DNA of 64,000 nt, taken from Perkinsus olseni (lineage: Eukaryota). Positions 39,945 through 53,067 of this stretch are shown in pieces. A model generated the notes under the pieces. It ran no database searches. It saw only the letters and a list, made by a program, of their open reading frames with translations, and was not told the origin of the DNA. The DNA lies in the NCBI GenBank assembly GCA_013115125.1, contig JABANN010000068.1:1-64000 (forward strand). The letters run 5' to 3'. How positions within the stretch are numbered: the stretch's first letter is position 1; every line of letters starts with the position of its first letter. The position numbers and the translations under genes are program-made.

Positions 39945-41779
39945 TTATTTCTTGAGCCTTTCTTCTAGCAGTCTGATCTCCCGCTCGACAGCCTGCTGTA
40001 ACTCCGAGTCGAAGCCCCTGCTTTCACTCAGCTTACGTTCGTGTCTTGAGTAGATGACCTGTTAAGGCGACAACAGGCACGATAAGAGGAGAGGTCATCA
40101 GTGATTGAATGGAATCTATGGTCTCTTAGCTCAGCCTTTCTTCGCCTGAATTTTCCTATACATTCTTTGGCTTCAGTCAAGGTTTTCCAGAATCGATTCC
40201 CAGATCAATTAGGTGCTAAGATTCATATGCTTTCTTCAATATCAGATGGAACCCAAGAAGAATCCCTCCAGTGACTCGGAAGGAATGATGTTTTCGTGAA
40301 GAACGCTCGACTGTGGGCTCACTTGCTGCAGAGTCTTCGGCGAGTAATCTTCCCTCCAAAGCATAAAAAAACCGTAAGTGACGATGACGTCTAGTAGCGC
40401 CAATAGGTACTGAAAGAATGTAAGGGAATACTCCTCTATTGTGTATTCGGATCGGGCAGGTAGACAGCATCACTGTACTGTTATTGGCTCCATGACATCC
40501 CATCCGTAAAGAAAGTAAGTGCCGTAGTAGACCAGAGCCCATTCGACGGAGAACAGCACAACTCCACCGATAGCGTACTTACTGAGAAATAACATCCATG
40601 ATTACCAACCTCTTTCCGTCACTTGCTCACTTGGTTTTCCTCAACGCAAGGCTGCGTATTTCTTCCTGTAAAGCGAGCAGCCTTCGGCGCTGATCCTCCA
40701 AAGCCGTCAGCCTCTCGACATCAGCGGAGTCGGGCGGGGAGCTACTGTCCGTAGGCAACACTCGAATCAACTGTGGCTCCTGCCGCGTCTTTTCGGGCGG
40801 AGCGACGCGCAACTGAAAATTGACTGAAGCTGAAACTAGTTCTGAGAAGACATTCAGTGTGAGGAAGACTGGGAATATTGAGCATGGCACCATTTCCATT
40901 GAGTGATGACCACATACTGTTTATCGCACACCGCTACATGCAAACAGGAGGGAAGAAATTCATACGACGGAAAGGTAGCCGATGGTAAGAAGATACGTAT
41001 GATTGGGCGTCGGAGGAATGCTCGCTGGACTCACCTGGAAGCCTCCATCGGCATCGAGGACCTTCAAGGCCGACTCCTGCTGTGATACGATGAGGCTCTC
41101 TGGGGGGTTGGTCAGAATATCAACCCGTGTGGAACCGATAGACTCCTTTACTTTCTGTAGAAGTTGACAAAGGAGTGGTACGACACAGCGTGTAAACACG
41201 TAAAAGTCTAAAGCGTACTTCACAAAGATCTCCAACAGCTTCGCCCGGCCGTACCGGAATCACCAGCGACTTTGTGCCCGCGGCAACCTCAGAAGGACAT
41301 ACCTGAGATTCGACTATTAGAGAGTATTGATGATGATCACTGTGTGCTTTTCCCGTCGATCCAGTTGGGTTTTCTACCGAATTTCACAGCAGGAGAAAAA
41401 AGGAAGCTACCCTAGAATATACGGCAGAATAGTATACGGTCATTCAAGAAGAATGACAGCCTTTCCACTTCCCCGTCTCAATATTTTCTTTTTCTTTCAC
41501 TTTTTTCAATTATATTCCTCTTTTCTAATGATGATAATCACTACGAAGAAACAACATCGCATATGAGTTAACGCGTCCCACCTCTAAATAGAGTCCTCTT
41601 GGATGAGCTTCTTCGGCTTTATCTATTCTGGCAACAGCGATGGGGGCGTATCCGAGGGAGGTGGAGAAGAGTCTACTGTGCGGGAACGCTCGCGCATGCC
41701 GGTGGGAGGCGGCAAGGGTTCGGTAAGGATAGCCCGACAGGGCGCCGCCTAGTAGCCGTCGACCAAAAACGCTTATCAT
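39945..41779 (-). CDS. MCU: Mitochondrial calcium uniporter pore subunit, multi-exon
   Basis: Arg/Ser-rich targeting-like N-terminus and coiled coil. Exon 40581-40479 KYAIGGVVLFSVEWALVYYGTYFLYGWDVMEPIT, exon 40409-40323 YLLALLDVIVTYGFFMLWREDY, exon 40058-39945 with GFD and coiled coil. WDxxEP between two TM helices is the MCU signature. Confidence 0.88.
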
Positions 41780-41822
41780 GTGATCCTTCATCTTCGCAGT
41801 CAATCGAAAGGACTACACAACA

Positions 41823-41894
41823 GCACCGTTGGTCTAATGGTTAGGATATCTGCCTTCCAAGCAGATGGTCCGGGTTCAATTCCCGGACGGTGCA
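41823..41894 (+). tRNA. tRNA-Gly(TCC): tRNA-Gly (anticodon TCC)
   Basis: GCACCGT/ACGGTGC acceptor, TCTGC-CT TCC AA-GCAGA, CCGGG-TTCAATT-CCCGG. Confidence 0.95.
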
Positions 41895-42242
41895 TTCCTA
41901 TAAAGACTGATTATGACCATATCCCGCTAGAATGCCATAATCGGGAGACTTTAACAGTATATGTACGCCCAGTTGAAATACCATAATTTCGAATTTAATA
42001 TTCATTAACCAGCCACAACTGCCGAGAAGGCAAGTCGAATACGCATCTCGAATGAACTCAGCCTTCTTATCCTACCGTACAGACTCAACACAACTCGAAC
42101 ATCTCCAGCAACCAATCGTACGGGAGTGTGAAAAAATACTGAGAGGAGGACCATAGAGACCTACTGGTAGAGAAATCAAAAGACTAGACGTCACAGTGTA
42201 CGTAAGAAATGCAACCACAACGACCACCACCAGACCACGTCG

Positions 42243-45200
42243 CTACGCTGTTGCGTTGCCTAGCTTGATAGGGCCCGTGACTGCCAAACCGTATTTCTGA
42301 CAGTACTGATCAAACTCATTTCTATCGATCACTCCATTCTTGTCGAGATCGAGGAAGTCCATCGAAGCGATCACAACTTCAGCCGGCACGTTCCGATGGC
42401 CCTCCACATGCTCCGTCAAATCCTCCAGAAGAAGCGTCAACTCGGACACGTCAATTGAACCACTATCATCACGATCATACCTATCAAACACTTTCGCGCG
42501 CGCCCGCTTAATCGATTTCCTTCACCTGAACCACAGGTCGTCCATGTCTTCCTTAGAAAGGTTGTTCAACTCGTATTGGCCTAGCATTTGATCAGCACTG
42601 AGCTTCCTCGCGTGTTCCGAAAGATACTCTCCAGACTGCATCTGACGCATATCGCTTCAAGCAAGGCTATACGGATATTTACAAAATCTCCTCTGCTGCT
42701 GCAACGCGAATGAATTTCTAAGATAACCATGAATGGGGGCGCTCTCAGTCTTGGGCAGTACATCCGGTGTAACATTTTGGTCGTTGCGTGGTCGTATGCA
42801 ATGCGCACTGTGTAAGGTGTTAGGTCGTAACGGCACGGTTGCGTATCAAAATGGTACACTCGGCGTGCGCGAAATTCACTATCGAAATGGTCGATGAAAC
42901 GGCTGATCGATATATCGTAGAATTCTCCTCACAATACGTGAGCAGTCCAACTGGTGTGCGACAACTTCGTGGGCACGAAATAAAGTCAAAGATGGCGATT
43001 TGCATAACGATTGGGTCGCCCTCTAGCATGAAAGAGAAAGCCCACTGAGGCTGCTTTGTCGTACGAAAATATCCCGGTGATTTAGACGACAGAGAAAGCC
43101 GATTCTCTGGAATTCTGTAGTGATACACCACTACTAGTGTAACAATGCTGACAATCGATGGTGCCTCTCCCGAAGCCAACGTTACCTCCATCAACCGCGA
43201 CACTGTCCTATCCCAAGCGAAGACCTCATCAAAGGCCGAAGACGACTTGTCCTCTTCACTGATCGAAAAGAGGGCACCTAACAGGTTAAACAAAGATACG
43301 CCGGTGATGATGATGGAGGCACTCGGAAGAGCAGGGAACACGAATCCAGGCCACGAGAAGGAGCCCCCCCCCACCCACCTGGTTCTGCTTCGGCCGAACA
43401 TACCAGTTTCGTCCCAGCCTCGTAAAGGCCGTCTATCAGGGTGATAAACCGACGTACCTTCACCGAGTCTTCCAGCGCGCCACAAAATTGAGAGCAAAGG
43501 TTGATCAATTTAATACGATTGAATTAAACAATATATCATTAATATTCTCCAAATACGATTACGGAAAAAGTTCAAGGTCGAAGAAGAAACTTCACAAATA
43601 CCAAGATATGCCGATTTCTTAAACCTCTCTGCGAGAGTCTTTCGTAAGGAACTCCCTCCACCAACCCTCGCTTACCTGATCGCGCTCGTTAATCGTCAGC
43701 ACTGGAACGTCCTCGATGAATATCGTATGATAGTGTTTGCCTACAGGCGCACTTAGCGCTCGCCCTGATGATCGATTATGACTTCTCACCAATGGCGAGA
43801 TAGTCTGCGGCGCCCAACGGTCTATCGCAGAGTTCCTTGAAAGTGAACCACGCGAGGGCTGTGTGCCGGGCTGCTCTGCGAACGTCCAAGTGCCGACCCT
43901 GGATTTCCAACCTGAAAGGAATTTTCGTATTTCTCTCTCCGGATTTTACGAAATTTCAACTTCTTGAGCCGGGAAATGTGAATCTTGCTTGAATGAAGCT
44001 CAAGCTACCATTAAAATTGACAAGAATCTTTTGTCGGTAGCGCGTCTTCAAGTCCGGGATAAACCCACGGGTATTCATAATTTTCAGGAGAAAAATTCTC
44101 TCGGCGGATAGACATCAGCATTTTTCCTGTTGCAAGAGAAGAGTGGTTCGCAAATTCTGGAAAAATTCTGCAATACCAATTCAAAATCATGGTTTTTCGA
44201 ATCAAGCTCCCAAAAATTTTACGATTCTACACGAAATTCTTCGGGAAATTCTGTGGAAAAAAATTTCCAACTCACCGCACCTTACTTTTGGTGTGTGTTA
44301 ACCTCATTCTTGGCCATCCTGTAAAACTTGGCCTCGAGAAGTCGTTTATTATAATCGTTCAAAGGCGATAAGAAAACACTTCTATCATCACCACCATTGG
44401 CCGCCTGGGCCATTATATAACGGTAATCAACGCTTGAGTCCAGATTTACCACCTGATAGAAATCTTGCAATCTTTCCCTCCACTTGCATTTCCTCAACGC
44501 TCCTTACCTCAGTGAATCTTTTAATCATTGGGATGAATGGGAGGAAAAGTCCTCTGTTCAACCCATTTTTGTAAAGATCCTCCGGGGGACGGTTCGAAGT
44601 CGCTATCACAACACATCCCCTTTCAAACAGTTTACTGAATAAACGCCGCATTATCACCGCGTCTGAGATGAAGGTAACCTAAAGGTAGGGAAAATCCAAC
44701 AAAAATACATCCAATCGACAAAATCGATCACCCGATCGATTTCGATTTCTACCTGGAACTCATCAAAGCAGAGCAGCCAAGCTTCCTTCATCATCTCGTC
44801 GGCAACTTGGTCAATAAGGTCGTTCTGATGCCCTCCAACCTCACACTGAAGGCTCAATCGCTGGGCCTGAGATAGGAACTATGGGAGACAACATAAGACA
44901 CGAAATGTGACATTAGAGAAACTAGGACTCCAATATTATAGTAATTCTGATAACTATTTGAAGTTCAAATTTTGAACCCAACACTTGGTCACATTTACTC
45001 GCAATTTCCAACAACAGCTCAAACCCGCGGCGCATTTTCACTCGATTGAGGCACTGCAGGAAATGTCGAGGAATGGTACAGCACGTTCAAAAACCTCAAG
45101 GCTGTTCTCACGACGGTGTTGTGTTTTCCTTCGGCAAGGACATGCCAACGGAGCGAAGTTCAACTATCGAGGATGTAGCAGATGACCAAGTCTTTTCGGC

Positions 45201-48200
45201 TCTCTTTCGACCTCGCCAACGAGTATAAGCGGAAACTAACTACGAACAAGTACTCGACCACAAACGTGGACGTAGTCGAGTACTTGTTCGCTGCTAGTAA
45301 GCATACTAATACTAACTTCAGGGGTACAGTTTACCCGGTACATCCGAGCTTCAGTATCCCGGCCGTCAGAAGGGTGAGTGTAGTAGACCGAAAGCCTAAG
45401 TCCTCCGTAGTAGTCCAGATTCCTAAACTTCGGCGCGCTGTTCATTAGTCGATAGTCGAACAGGTAAATCAGTACTAGCGGGCACTAAGGCTAAGTCGCC
45501 GTTTTTTGGTCCATAACTTCTGGTAAAAACTATCTAGTTGTGAGTCACAACTTGTGATAGGCTATTGAAAAACGACGCTTGTGGTCACAGGTTGGTGACG
45601 CCCACGCTGGGTCATGGTTAGGAATCCAAACTTGGGCTATCGGTGGTTTTGAGTTCCTGATGGTGATGTTATGGATGTGAAGCTACCCGTTCTTCGAGTA
45701 CCAGATGGTGTGTTGAGCTTAGATACACTGAGAAGCGTGCGTCACGCCGCGAAGATGCCACCAGTAACGCAGCGTGACTCAGTTCATTACCTCTGGCTTC
45801 GTCAGCGACTTCGGCGACTGTTTCGAGTTAGACACTCTCGGCAGGCTAGCTAGCTGGAGGCGAGTCGAGGCTATGCTCGCTATTAGAGGCTATTGGTCTC
45901 AAAAAATAGTGCCGGTGTTCTGTCTATTGCCCCGCTACAACTGTGAAGGACTACTAAGTCCCCATCGCTGTTCACCATCCCTACCAGGGACTACACACGT
46001 TCTACAAAACTATTCTCTACTCGGTGACTAAGAGCGAAGCTGTTGCCAACAACGACTTCAAGACCTCGGGCGAACTGAAGTCACTGCCCGCTGCTCTGGC
46101 TAACGTCTACTACAAGAACGAGCATTGCTCCTGGGAGTTCCTGGCTGGAATACTACCCGCAATCACTAACCTGGAAAAATGCCGATGAGGAAATTGCTAT
46201 CGAAGCAGTTGAATTGACAGTGTCAATAGCCTCAATAGAAGACCATGTCACTGACGGCTACCAAACCTATCTATGGTGGGTGAGGGGCCATGCTGGGCAT
46301 AGGTTTAACGAGCTCAGCGACCTGTATGCAGATTCTGCACACATGATACGCGGCCCGTAGCGGCGCCCACCGTCGGGAGGTGGAACTGAAGAACGAACCT
46401 TTCTGATTTCTACTTTCTTAAATAGTCTGTCTAAACTACTTGGTGAATACTCGTCGTCAAGTTGACGACGTCAACGCGTTTAACTAGAGCAGCTAACGTA
46501 TCTAGCGTCGCCAAGGCGCGCCCATCCTAGAGTGACTCTAGTAGAGTCCAGGCTTGCACTCGGGAAACATTGCTAAAGAACACCCGCTTCCTATCACCTC
46601 AGCGCTGGCTGCCGTCCATGCCGTATTGCACTTCGCCATTCTACTCGAACTTCTCAACTGGGACTCATGCAACCTCGAATGGACCTACACACCAACACTA
46701 TCCTCACATTTTGGGCAAGGCAAAAGATCTCAGTGCCCTGTAACCTCCTCGGGTCAACAGAAGATACCATAACCAAAGGAATCCCAAGCCCCCACATCAA
46801 GAAAAAGTCGTCATTTTCTCCGGAGATTTTTCCGCCCAAAATCTCCCTTTTATCACATCCATCATCCACTCGTGGAAATGAACTCGCTTCTTCGCCTCGA
46901 CCGCAACATGCTGGTAGAATAAGTCCATCAACATCGATTTACCACTACCGCAACCTCCCCATAAGTACAACCTGAGAATCAAGAAAACACCTTTTTTCCG
47001 TCTATTCGAAAAACCCCGGAAATGTTGTATTAAATTTCCAAATTTTTCGCAGGATGATCAAGTTTCACATTGAATCGACCGACGGTCGGTCGGTCACCGA
47101 CCGGTAGATACAATCGGTAATTTTCGGAGAGTCGGAAAATTTTTGTCGAGCTTTTCTGAAACCCTATAATTATTCCGAGAAGACAAACTCCATGAGGGTG
47201 AAGACTTCCAAGCTCACCGATTTTCCGAGTTGAAAGAATACCTACCCTCGGAAGGCCACTGGAGGTATCTCAGGTCGAGCAGTGGCTGCTGCAGAACCAC
47301 CAAAAAATCGGCTGAAAAATCCTCCGCTACTATTGGTGGTCTCGTTAGCACCATTTAGTGTTGATGAACCTGGGAGAGAAAAAATAAGACGGAGACTGGA
47401 AATTATCCGGGCAAGTTTTGTGAGTGAGTCTATAACCCGACTCAGTCGGTACCGGGTTGCACAAAAAACCAATTCTGAAACTCAGAATCGATCTTAGAAC
47501 CCCTGCATCCTATGCGTAAAAATCATTTCCAGAATCGATTCCAGAAAATCAGTATATTGAATGGGGTGATATGAAGACGAGAAAAAGGAAAACGACAACA
47601 ACATGATTTTTCTCCTCATCCTCTTCTGCACTTTGCCGAAAATTTCGACGAATCCTAAGATGCTCCCTTTCCCAACGGCGATCCCTAAAAACTCTAGTTG
47701 CATGACAGTCTATTGGTCATGAGTTCAATCCTCAGACCGCTCATTTGGCTAAAATAGTGTGGGCCTACGTTACCCGCTCGAACGCTCATGAATGCTCTGG
47801 GTTGAGTACTAGTCCGCAGCCATTTTAGATCGAGGACTCAGTTATTCTGTCTGTTTGGTTTGACATCCCTTAACCGCGACGACTCGTTACATCCCTTCTC
47901 CCAGTATTACCTTTTCCAGTGGTCGTCTGGGTCGAGGTGGCCGCCGTTTCTTCCGGTGTAAGCTGGTTATATGTTGGAGAGTATCTTTCGAGACCCTGAG
48001 CTATTTCATTTAGCTTGATGACAATAGATTCTTGCTTCTCATCGGGACTGAGTTCACCTGAAAAATATATAATCAAGGGACGGATGATTACGTACCATCT
48101 AGTACAGCTGAAAATTTCCTTGGATTGATTTTCGAGATGAATTTCACACAAAAGCAGATCGAAAATATCAGACTAACGAAGAAAAGAAACAAAGACCATC

Positions 48201-48566
48201 CCGGACTTAACACTTCCAATTTTTTCATTCATCAGAGATGCTCGGGAGTGCTTAGTTGGCACCTTGAACGATTAAGTATCTTGGGGTCGAGCCGTGCAAG
48301 ATACGAGAGAGCTCAACTTATTCAATTCCTTATACTGTCACCCGGTAATTTCGTGGCGCGGCGAAGCTTCACTGAAGGATAGCCCCTCTGCCGTTACCTT
48401 TTTCAATGAGATGTCGATAGCCGTCCAATACGCTGGTTCGAGCAGCCGCGCTCGCGAGGCCTCTCGAAAGGAGAGTTGCGGATGGAGTGGTATGAAAAGA
48501 AATAGCACGCACGCACATCGCCATCATCGAGGAGGAGAGGGGCTTGCAGCGATGGGATAACAACAT
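42243..48566 (-). CDS. AFG1: AFG1/LACE1 (ZapE-family) mitochondrial ATPase with C-terminal EF-hand pair
   Basis: [18 protein letters not shown] (Walker A), [17 protein letters not shown] (Walker B), [56 protein letters not shown], then [12 protein letters not shown] and [12 protein letters not shown] loops. Confidence 0.9.
45000..46360 (+). mobile_element. Degenerate retroelement remnant (RNase H) antisense in an AFG1 intron
   Basis: 46262-46340 reads [23 protein letters not shown], the RNase H C-terminal motif. Upstream frames are broken; boundaries approximate. Confidence 0.6.
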
Positions 48567-48715
48567 GGTGGGGGTGGGAAAAAGTGGAAAACAAATCTTG
48601 GGTCGAAGCCTGCGGGCTGTGCAGTAAGTCTTGCACTCTTGTATAATCTTGCAGTTCCTCAACGCTGACTTGCGTTTTCGGCGACCAGCCCGCAATACGC
48701 TTCTCAATAGTAGTA

Positions 48716-49249
48716 ATGGGCGCTGCGATTCGGCGGCAGCAAATCGTAGTGAGTCGTTTCAAAAGGACGCCCGTGGAGGTCATGACGGACGATATTTCGG
48801 CTCCTTCCGACTTGTCTTGTATTATGCCAGCTCAACCTACAAGATACCCCGACAATCTTGGCATCGAAGTTATCAAAGAGATAGTCCTAAGCTCACCTAG
48901 TGGTCGCACCGGTCGGTGTTGGGGAATCTTTTATATCCGAGTGAAGTCGAAGCGACATCAGCGTATCTTTGTGAAGACGGTATCTTCAAGCTTGACTTTC
49001 GTAAGGTCCAAAGATTCTCCTCATAATTATCTGACCAAATGCGCGAGTGGTCGAAATCTCGATCCGATGACATTACATTTAGCAGGGAGGGAACTGCAAA
49101 GATGCTTGGAGGGTTTGGTCGCCGCTATAAATGACGAAGTATCTTGGGGTCGAACCGTGCAAGATACGAAACAGGTCAGCTGCGAACCATCATTGGAGAA
49201 TCCTGCAATTGCATTGGAGAGATTTCTGAGCGACAATACCAGCGAATAA
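48716..49249 (+). CDS. Hypothetical 177-aa ORF
   Basis: ORF length only. Confidence 0.25.
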   Translation: MGAAIRRQQIVVSRFKRTPVEVMTDDISAPSDLSCIMPAQPTRYPDNLGIEVIKEIVLSSPSGRTGRCWGIFYIRVKSKRHQRIFVKTVSSSLTFVRSKDSPHNYLTKCASGRNLDPMTLHLAGRELQRCLEGLVAAINDEVSWGRTVQDTKQVSCEPSLENPAIALERFLSDNTSE

Positions 49250-49426
49250 ATTCTTCAGTAATTTTTATCGAGGTTAATCGGGGCGTATCTTTCCCAAATC
49301 CCGCACTACAAAGATTCTGACATTCCATGCCATTGATCTGACTTGTCTGTACCCCACCTAGTCGAGTTAACCTGGGTTTGCATTTCCCCATTTTTTCATC
49401 AGTTCATACCGTCCCATGCTCCCCCG

Positions 49427-52400
49427 ATGGCTCCCAAGAAAAGGATCTCCTCCCGACTGCTGAGCAAAGGCCACTTCAGCGAAGAGGTAGTACTAGCAAC
49501 CGGGAAAGTGCGTTTTGCGGAATTTCCACCAAAAATTGCGCTGGAGCGCTCGTGTATATGAAACCGCGTGAGAGACCATTGCGATCGCTGCTGAGAAAAA
49601 CGCTCGTATGAAAGACAGCGCAGGTTTTGCTATGACTTTGTCGGTGCTTCTGCTGCCAATTGCCGAGAAAGTGTGGTAGCCATTGGCTACTAGCCAAATA
49701 ATTTTAGTTGGGCTTCAATTGTGAAATGGACGGAGGAATAACTTGTTCAGTGATGGGGTCGGCAGCGATGACAACTGAAGCGGTTGTATTCAGGAATCTT
49801 GAAAATTTGTTAATAGTTCAGAATCAGGAACTCATTAGTAGGATTTTTTCAAGTTTTTTTTCATTTTCCGGTTCTCCAGAAAAATTGAAGCGCCGGCGCT
49901 TGTTCATACTGGATTAGTAGAAATGGAAGTCAGTAAAATCGGAATGATGTTTGATATGGAAAATTGTGCAAATGGACGCAAACGGTCAAGGTTGCAAATG
50001 ATGAAGCGATGAAAGTTTTCTGAAGGGCTTTGTAGAGTAAAAACTGTACAGTCCTGTCAAAGAAAATTGGCCAGAGAGAAATCGGGAAGGTTATCTGCCG
50101 AGTAATTGTAAGCAATCTGTAAGTAATTGTAATTTGCAATTTTCTTTGACAGGACTGTATTTTGTTCAACCTCTGGTCTCTAAGACTGCATCCCCGAACA
50201 CATTCTTCCGAAATTAAAAAAATTCTGAGGGGAAATCCACTTTTTGGTGGAATGTCGCCGCGTGAAGAACTCACTGAAGTCAGTGACTGTTCGGTCCTCA
50301 GCTGTCCTTCGTTCAAGCGGGCTTTGCTACCCCCGACGGTGGGTCTGTGGACTGTCCCATTTGCCGAGAGGTATTCGGCGATGAGGAGGTTGGCGGTATG
50401 GCAGCTATGGACGGCCCGGCAAGATACGCTCTCATGGACTGCTGTGAGCATCCATTTCATGTGGGGTGCTTGGAAGTAAGCTCGCAGAGTTGTCTTCCAA
50501 CCATTATCATGTTTTTAGTGAAAATTCCGATTTTACGTATTTTTCGAATTTCACGAATTTTCATCGGTGAAAGGGATCGTGTTGGAAATTCTAACCAATC
50601 GAGCAAGAAAGCAGTTTTTCGGTAAATTTCTGATTTTTTGGTGGAATTTTTTGGATTTACGATTGTTTCAGCATTGGAGTACCCAGCGGGAGAACTCCTG
50701 TCCGAGTTGCCGAGCCACCATCCACTATGTTGCTGAGTACAGTCTGAGTCGACCTGAAGATTCCTCGAGGGCGGACTGGCGATTGATGATAGAACAGGTC
50801 ATTCAAGTGCAAGAGGCCAAGCAGGCTGATACATTGGATGAGGAGGAAGACGGGTAGTTAGGGATTGGCGGATGGTGGGAGGGCGTTCACTTGCACTCTT
50901 GCATTTTCTCAACGATTCCTCGGTGTGAATGGAATTCTTGAAAATTTAAATGGACACGCAAGAAATCAATTAACCGACAGAGAGGATAAAACCCGGGATT
51001 TGCGATGGAGAGTTCGACATAATATCCTCTTGCACAGATTTCCTTCTTCTGAAGAGTCGGACGCCCCAACATATCGTTGTGTGATATGTGGGGACTCCAT
51101 CATCCAAGCAGCCCCTGCTGACCAGAGGGGAGTAATGCTCTTATGTGACGCCGAGCTTCCACGCAAGAGGACACGAAAAGGGCCGTCCAAAGTGATGACG
51201 TGCGATGCTCCATTCCATCCTTTTTGCGCGGGATATCCGAACGTCCCGGATGGAGAGGTAATAATAGGGAGAGGGCGGCTTACGGGTTATGCATATTTTA
51301 ATAAAATAATTTTATACGGCTTCGTCATCCTCTCGGAATCCAGTGCGTAGAGGGTTGTCCGCTGCAGCTCCTCTCTTCTAATGGGGAGATTTGAATATCA
51401 CTTGAATGGGTTAATGGGGTGAATTTGCTGTTGTCACTCGCGAGGTCGCGAGTTCGATCCCTTCTCAGGTTTTTTGTCCCCAGCACAGTAACCACCTCCC
51501 TCCTCCTGTCGTGGAGGAGAGTATCTCCTCTACAGTATCATCGCCCGCCGTGTCCAGCTCGAGTGCTGAGCCGAGTGAATCTTTGCCGTGCGAATCTTTG
51601 CCGTCCGACGTAAAGAGCAAAGAAATTGTTGAGCTCGGGACGAGCAGCGAGGAGGATGAGGAAGAGGAAGAAGTGAAAGATACGCCGAAGGAAAAGTCGC
51701 GAAAGAAGAAGCCAATGGTGGTATTGCCGACGTATATCACCGTCACTGCGCCACAAAATTGGGAGGTTGCGATTACAGTCGGCGTGTCGAACAGTGTTGT
51801 TGATGGGCATGCGGGCGATGAGAGCGGGTTGGTGAGGGAAGTTAAGAAAGGAGTGGTAGAGGCCATGCTGAATTGGAGGGAGGTATTAGTTGAGAAAGGA
51901 GTGGTATGGGAAGCTGAACGCTTCCCGACACGAGGGTATTTCCAGCTGGACTTCGCCGATAACACAGTCGCCACCGGCAAGATGATTTGTAAGATTTTGA
52001 GGTCGTTGAAGTCCGCTCAGGTGAGTTATGATAAGAAAACCAAAAAACTTGGCGGAGCGAATCAGACCAAAATTACATGGTTTCTATCCGACCTCGACGT
52101 CTCCGGCACGAATCTTAATCCGATGGAAGTCGGAGAAGTATCTTCTCTTTTGTCAAAGCTAAGCTCCGACCTCTGGCCATCAGTCCACTCTGTACCCCTT
52201 CACTTCAAAGCTCTCCGTCTTGCGAGGCTCTCGGCGGGCGGGAAGATGGCAGCCGCAGCAAAGTTGAAAACGGCGGGAGTTGATGTTGAAATCGGGAGAG
52301 GGGAAGTGCCTGAGGAGGACTTCCTGTTGGGAGCAGTCCCGAAGGAGAGGAGAGCACGGACGTTGGGAAGGAGGAGGAGGAGGGCTGGACGGCCGAGGCA

Positions 52401-53067
52401 AGCGGTGCAGTGGCGACCAATGAAGGGTGGTAGCGATTCTGAAGACGACGGCGTGAAAGATACGCTTATGCAGGCAGCTCGGTTTGAGTTGAGGTCGACC
52501 AGGGAAGATACACAAGTGAAAGATACCCCGCCGCCGCCTACGGCGGGAAGGTTTTCTCTTTCGCAGCTGCTGGGCGCTCAGACGGTCTATCAGAAGAACA
52601 TACGGCAACCGTTGAGGGGGCTCAGCTACTTGGGAGCTCCCCCGCCTACAGAGCAGCGTCACGCGCCGCAAACTTACCCCATGCAGCGTCGCCCGCCACA
52701 AAATTATCTAGCCAACGATCATCATCGACCCTTCGAACAGCCTCGTAAGGCCTCGAGTCCCCCCAGTTCGACGACGGTCGATCGGACGGTATCAAATTTT
52801 GTGGCGACGATTTGCAAGGAGCGCCGACTGATAAGCTGGCCTTCCTCACACTTCGATGGTGAGGTCGAAAAGATATCTAAAATGATGGTTGAAAAATATT
52901 CGTGTCTTCTCAATCACGACGGTGGTTGGAGGAATTTGATTGACCATCGGAGGGGGCGATTGGCTGAATGGATTGAAGAGAAAGTCGCAGCGCGGAAGGC
53001 GGCAAGAAGTTGCGAAAAAGTTGGTTACAACAGCGGAGCGAAGTTTCGTAAAATTGGATTGGGATGA
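49427..53067 (+). CDS. RING-H2 + PHD finger protein (PHRF1/SCAF11-like architecture), multi-exon
   Basis: CPIC...CCEHPFHVGCLE|HW...SCPSCR (RING-H2); CVICG...LLCD...CDAPFHPFC..VPDGE|VFCPQH (PHD) in frame with ORF 51511-53067; helical C-terminus possibly SRI-like. Confidence 0.8.

Noticed and set aside
42243-42491. Stand-alone calmodulin-like or MICU gene
   Set aside because: No ATG start of its own in frame; it splices in frame onto the AFG1 C-terminus
51435-51462. tRNA-like T arm (GAGGTCGCGAGTTCGATCCC)
   Set aside because: No T-stem or acceptor pairing; explained by a local inverted repeat
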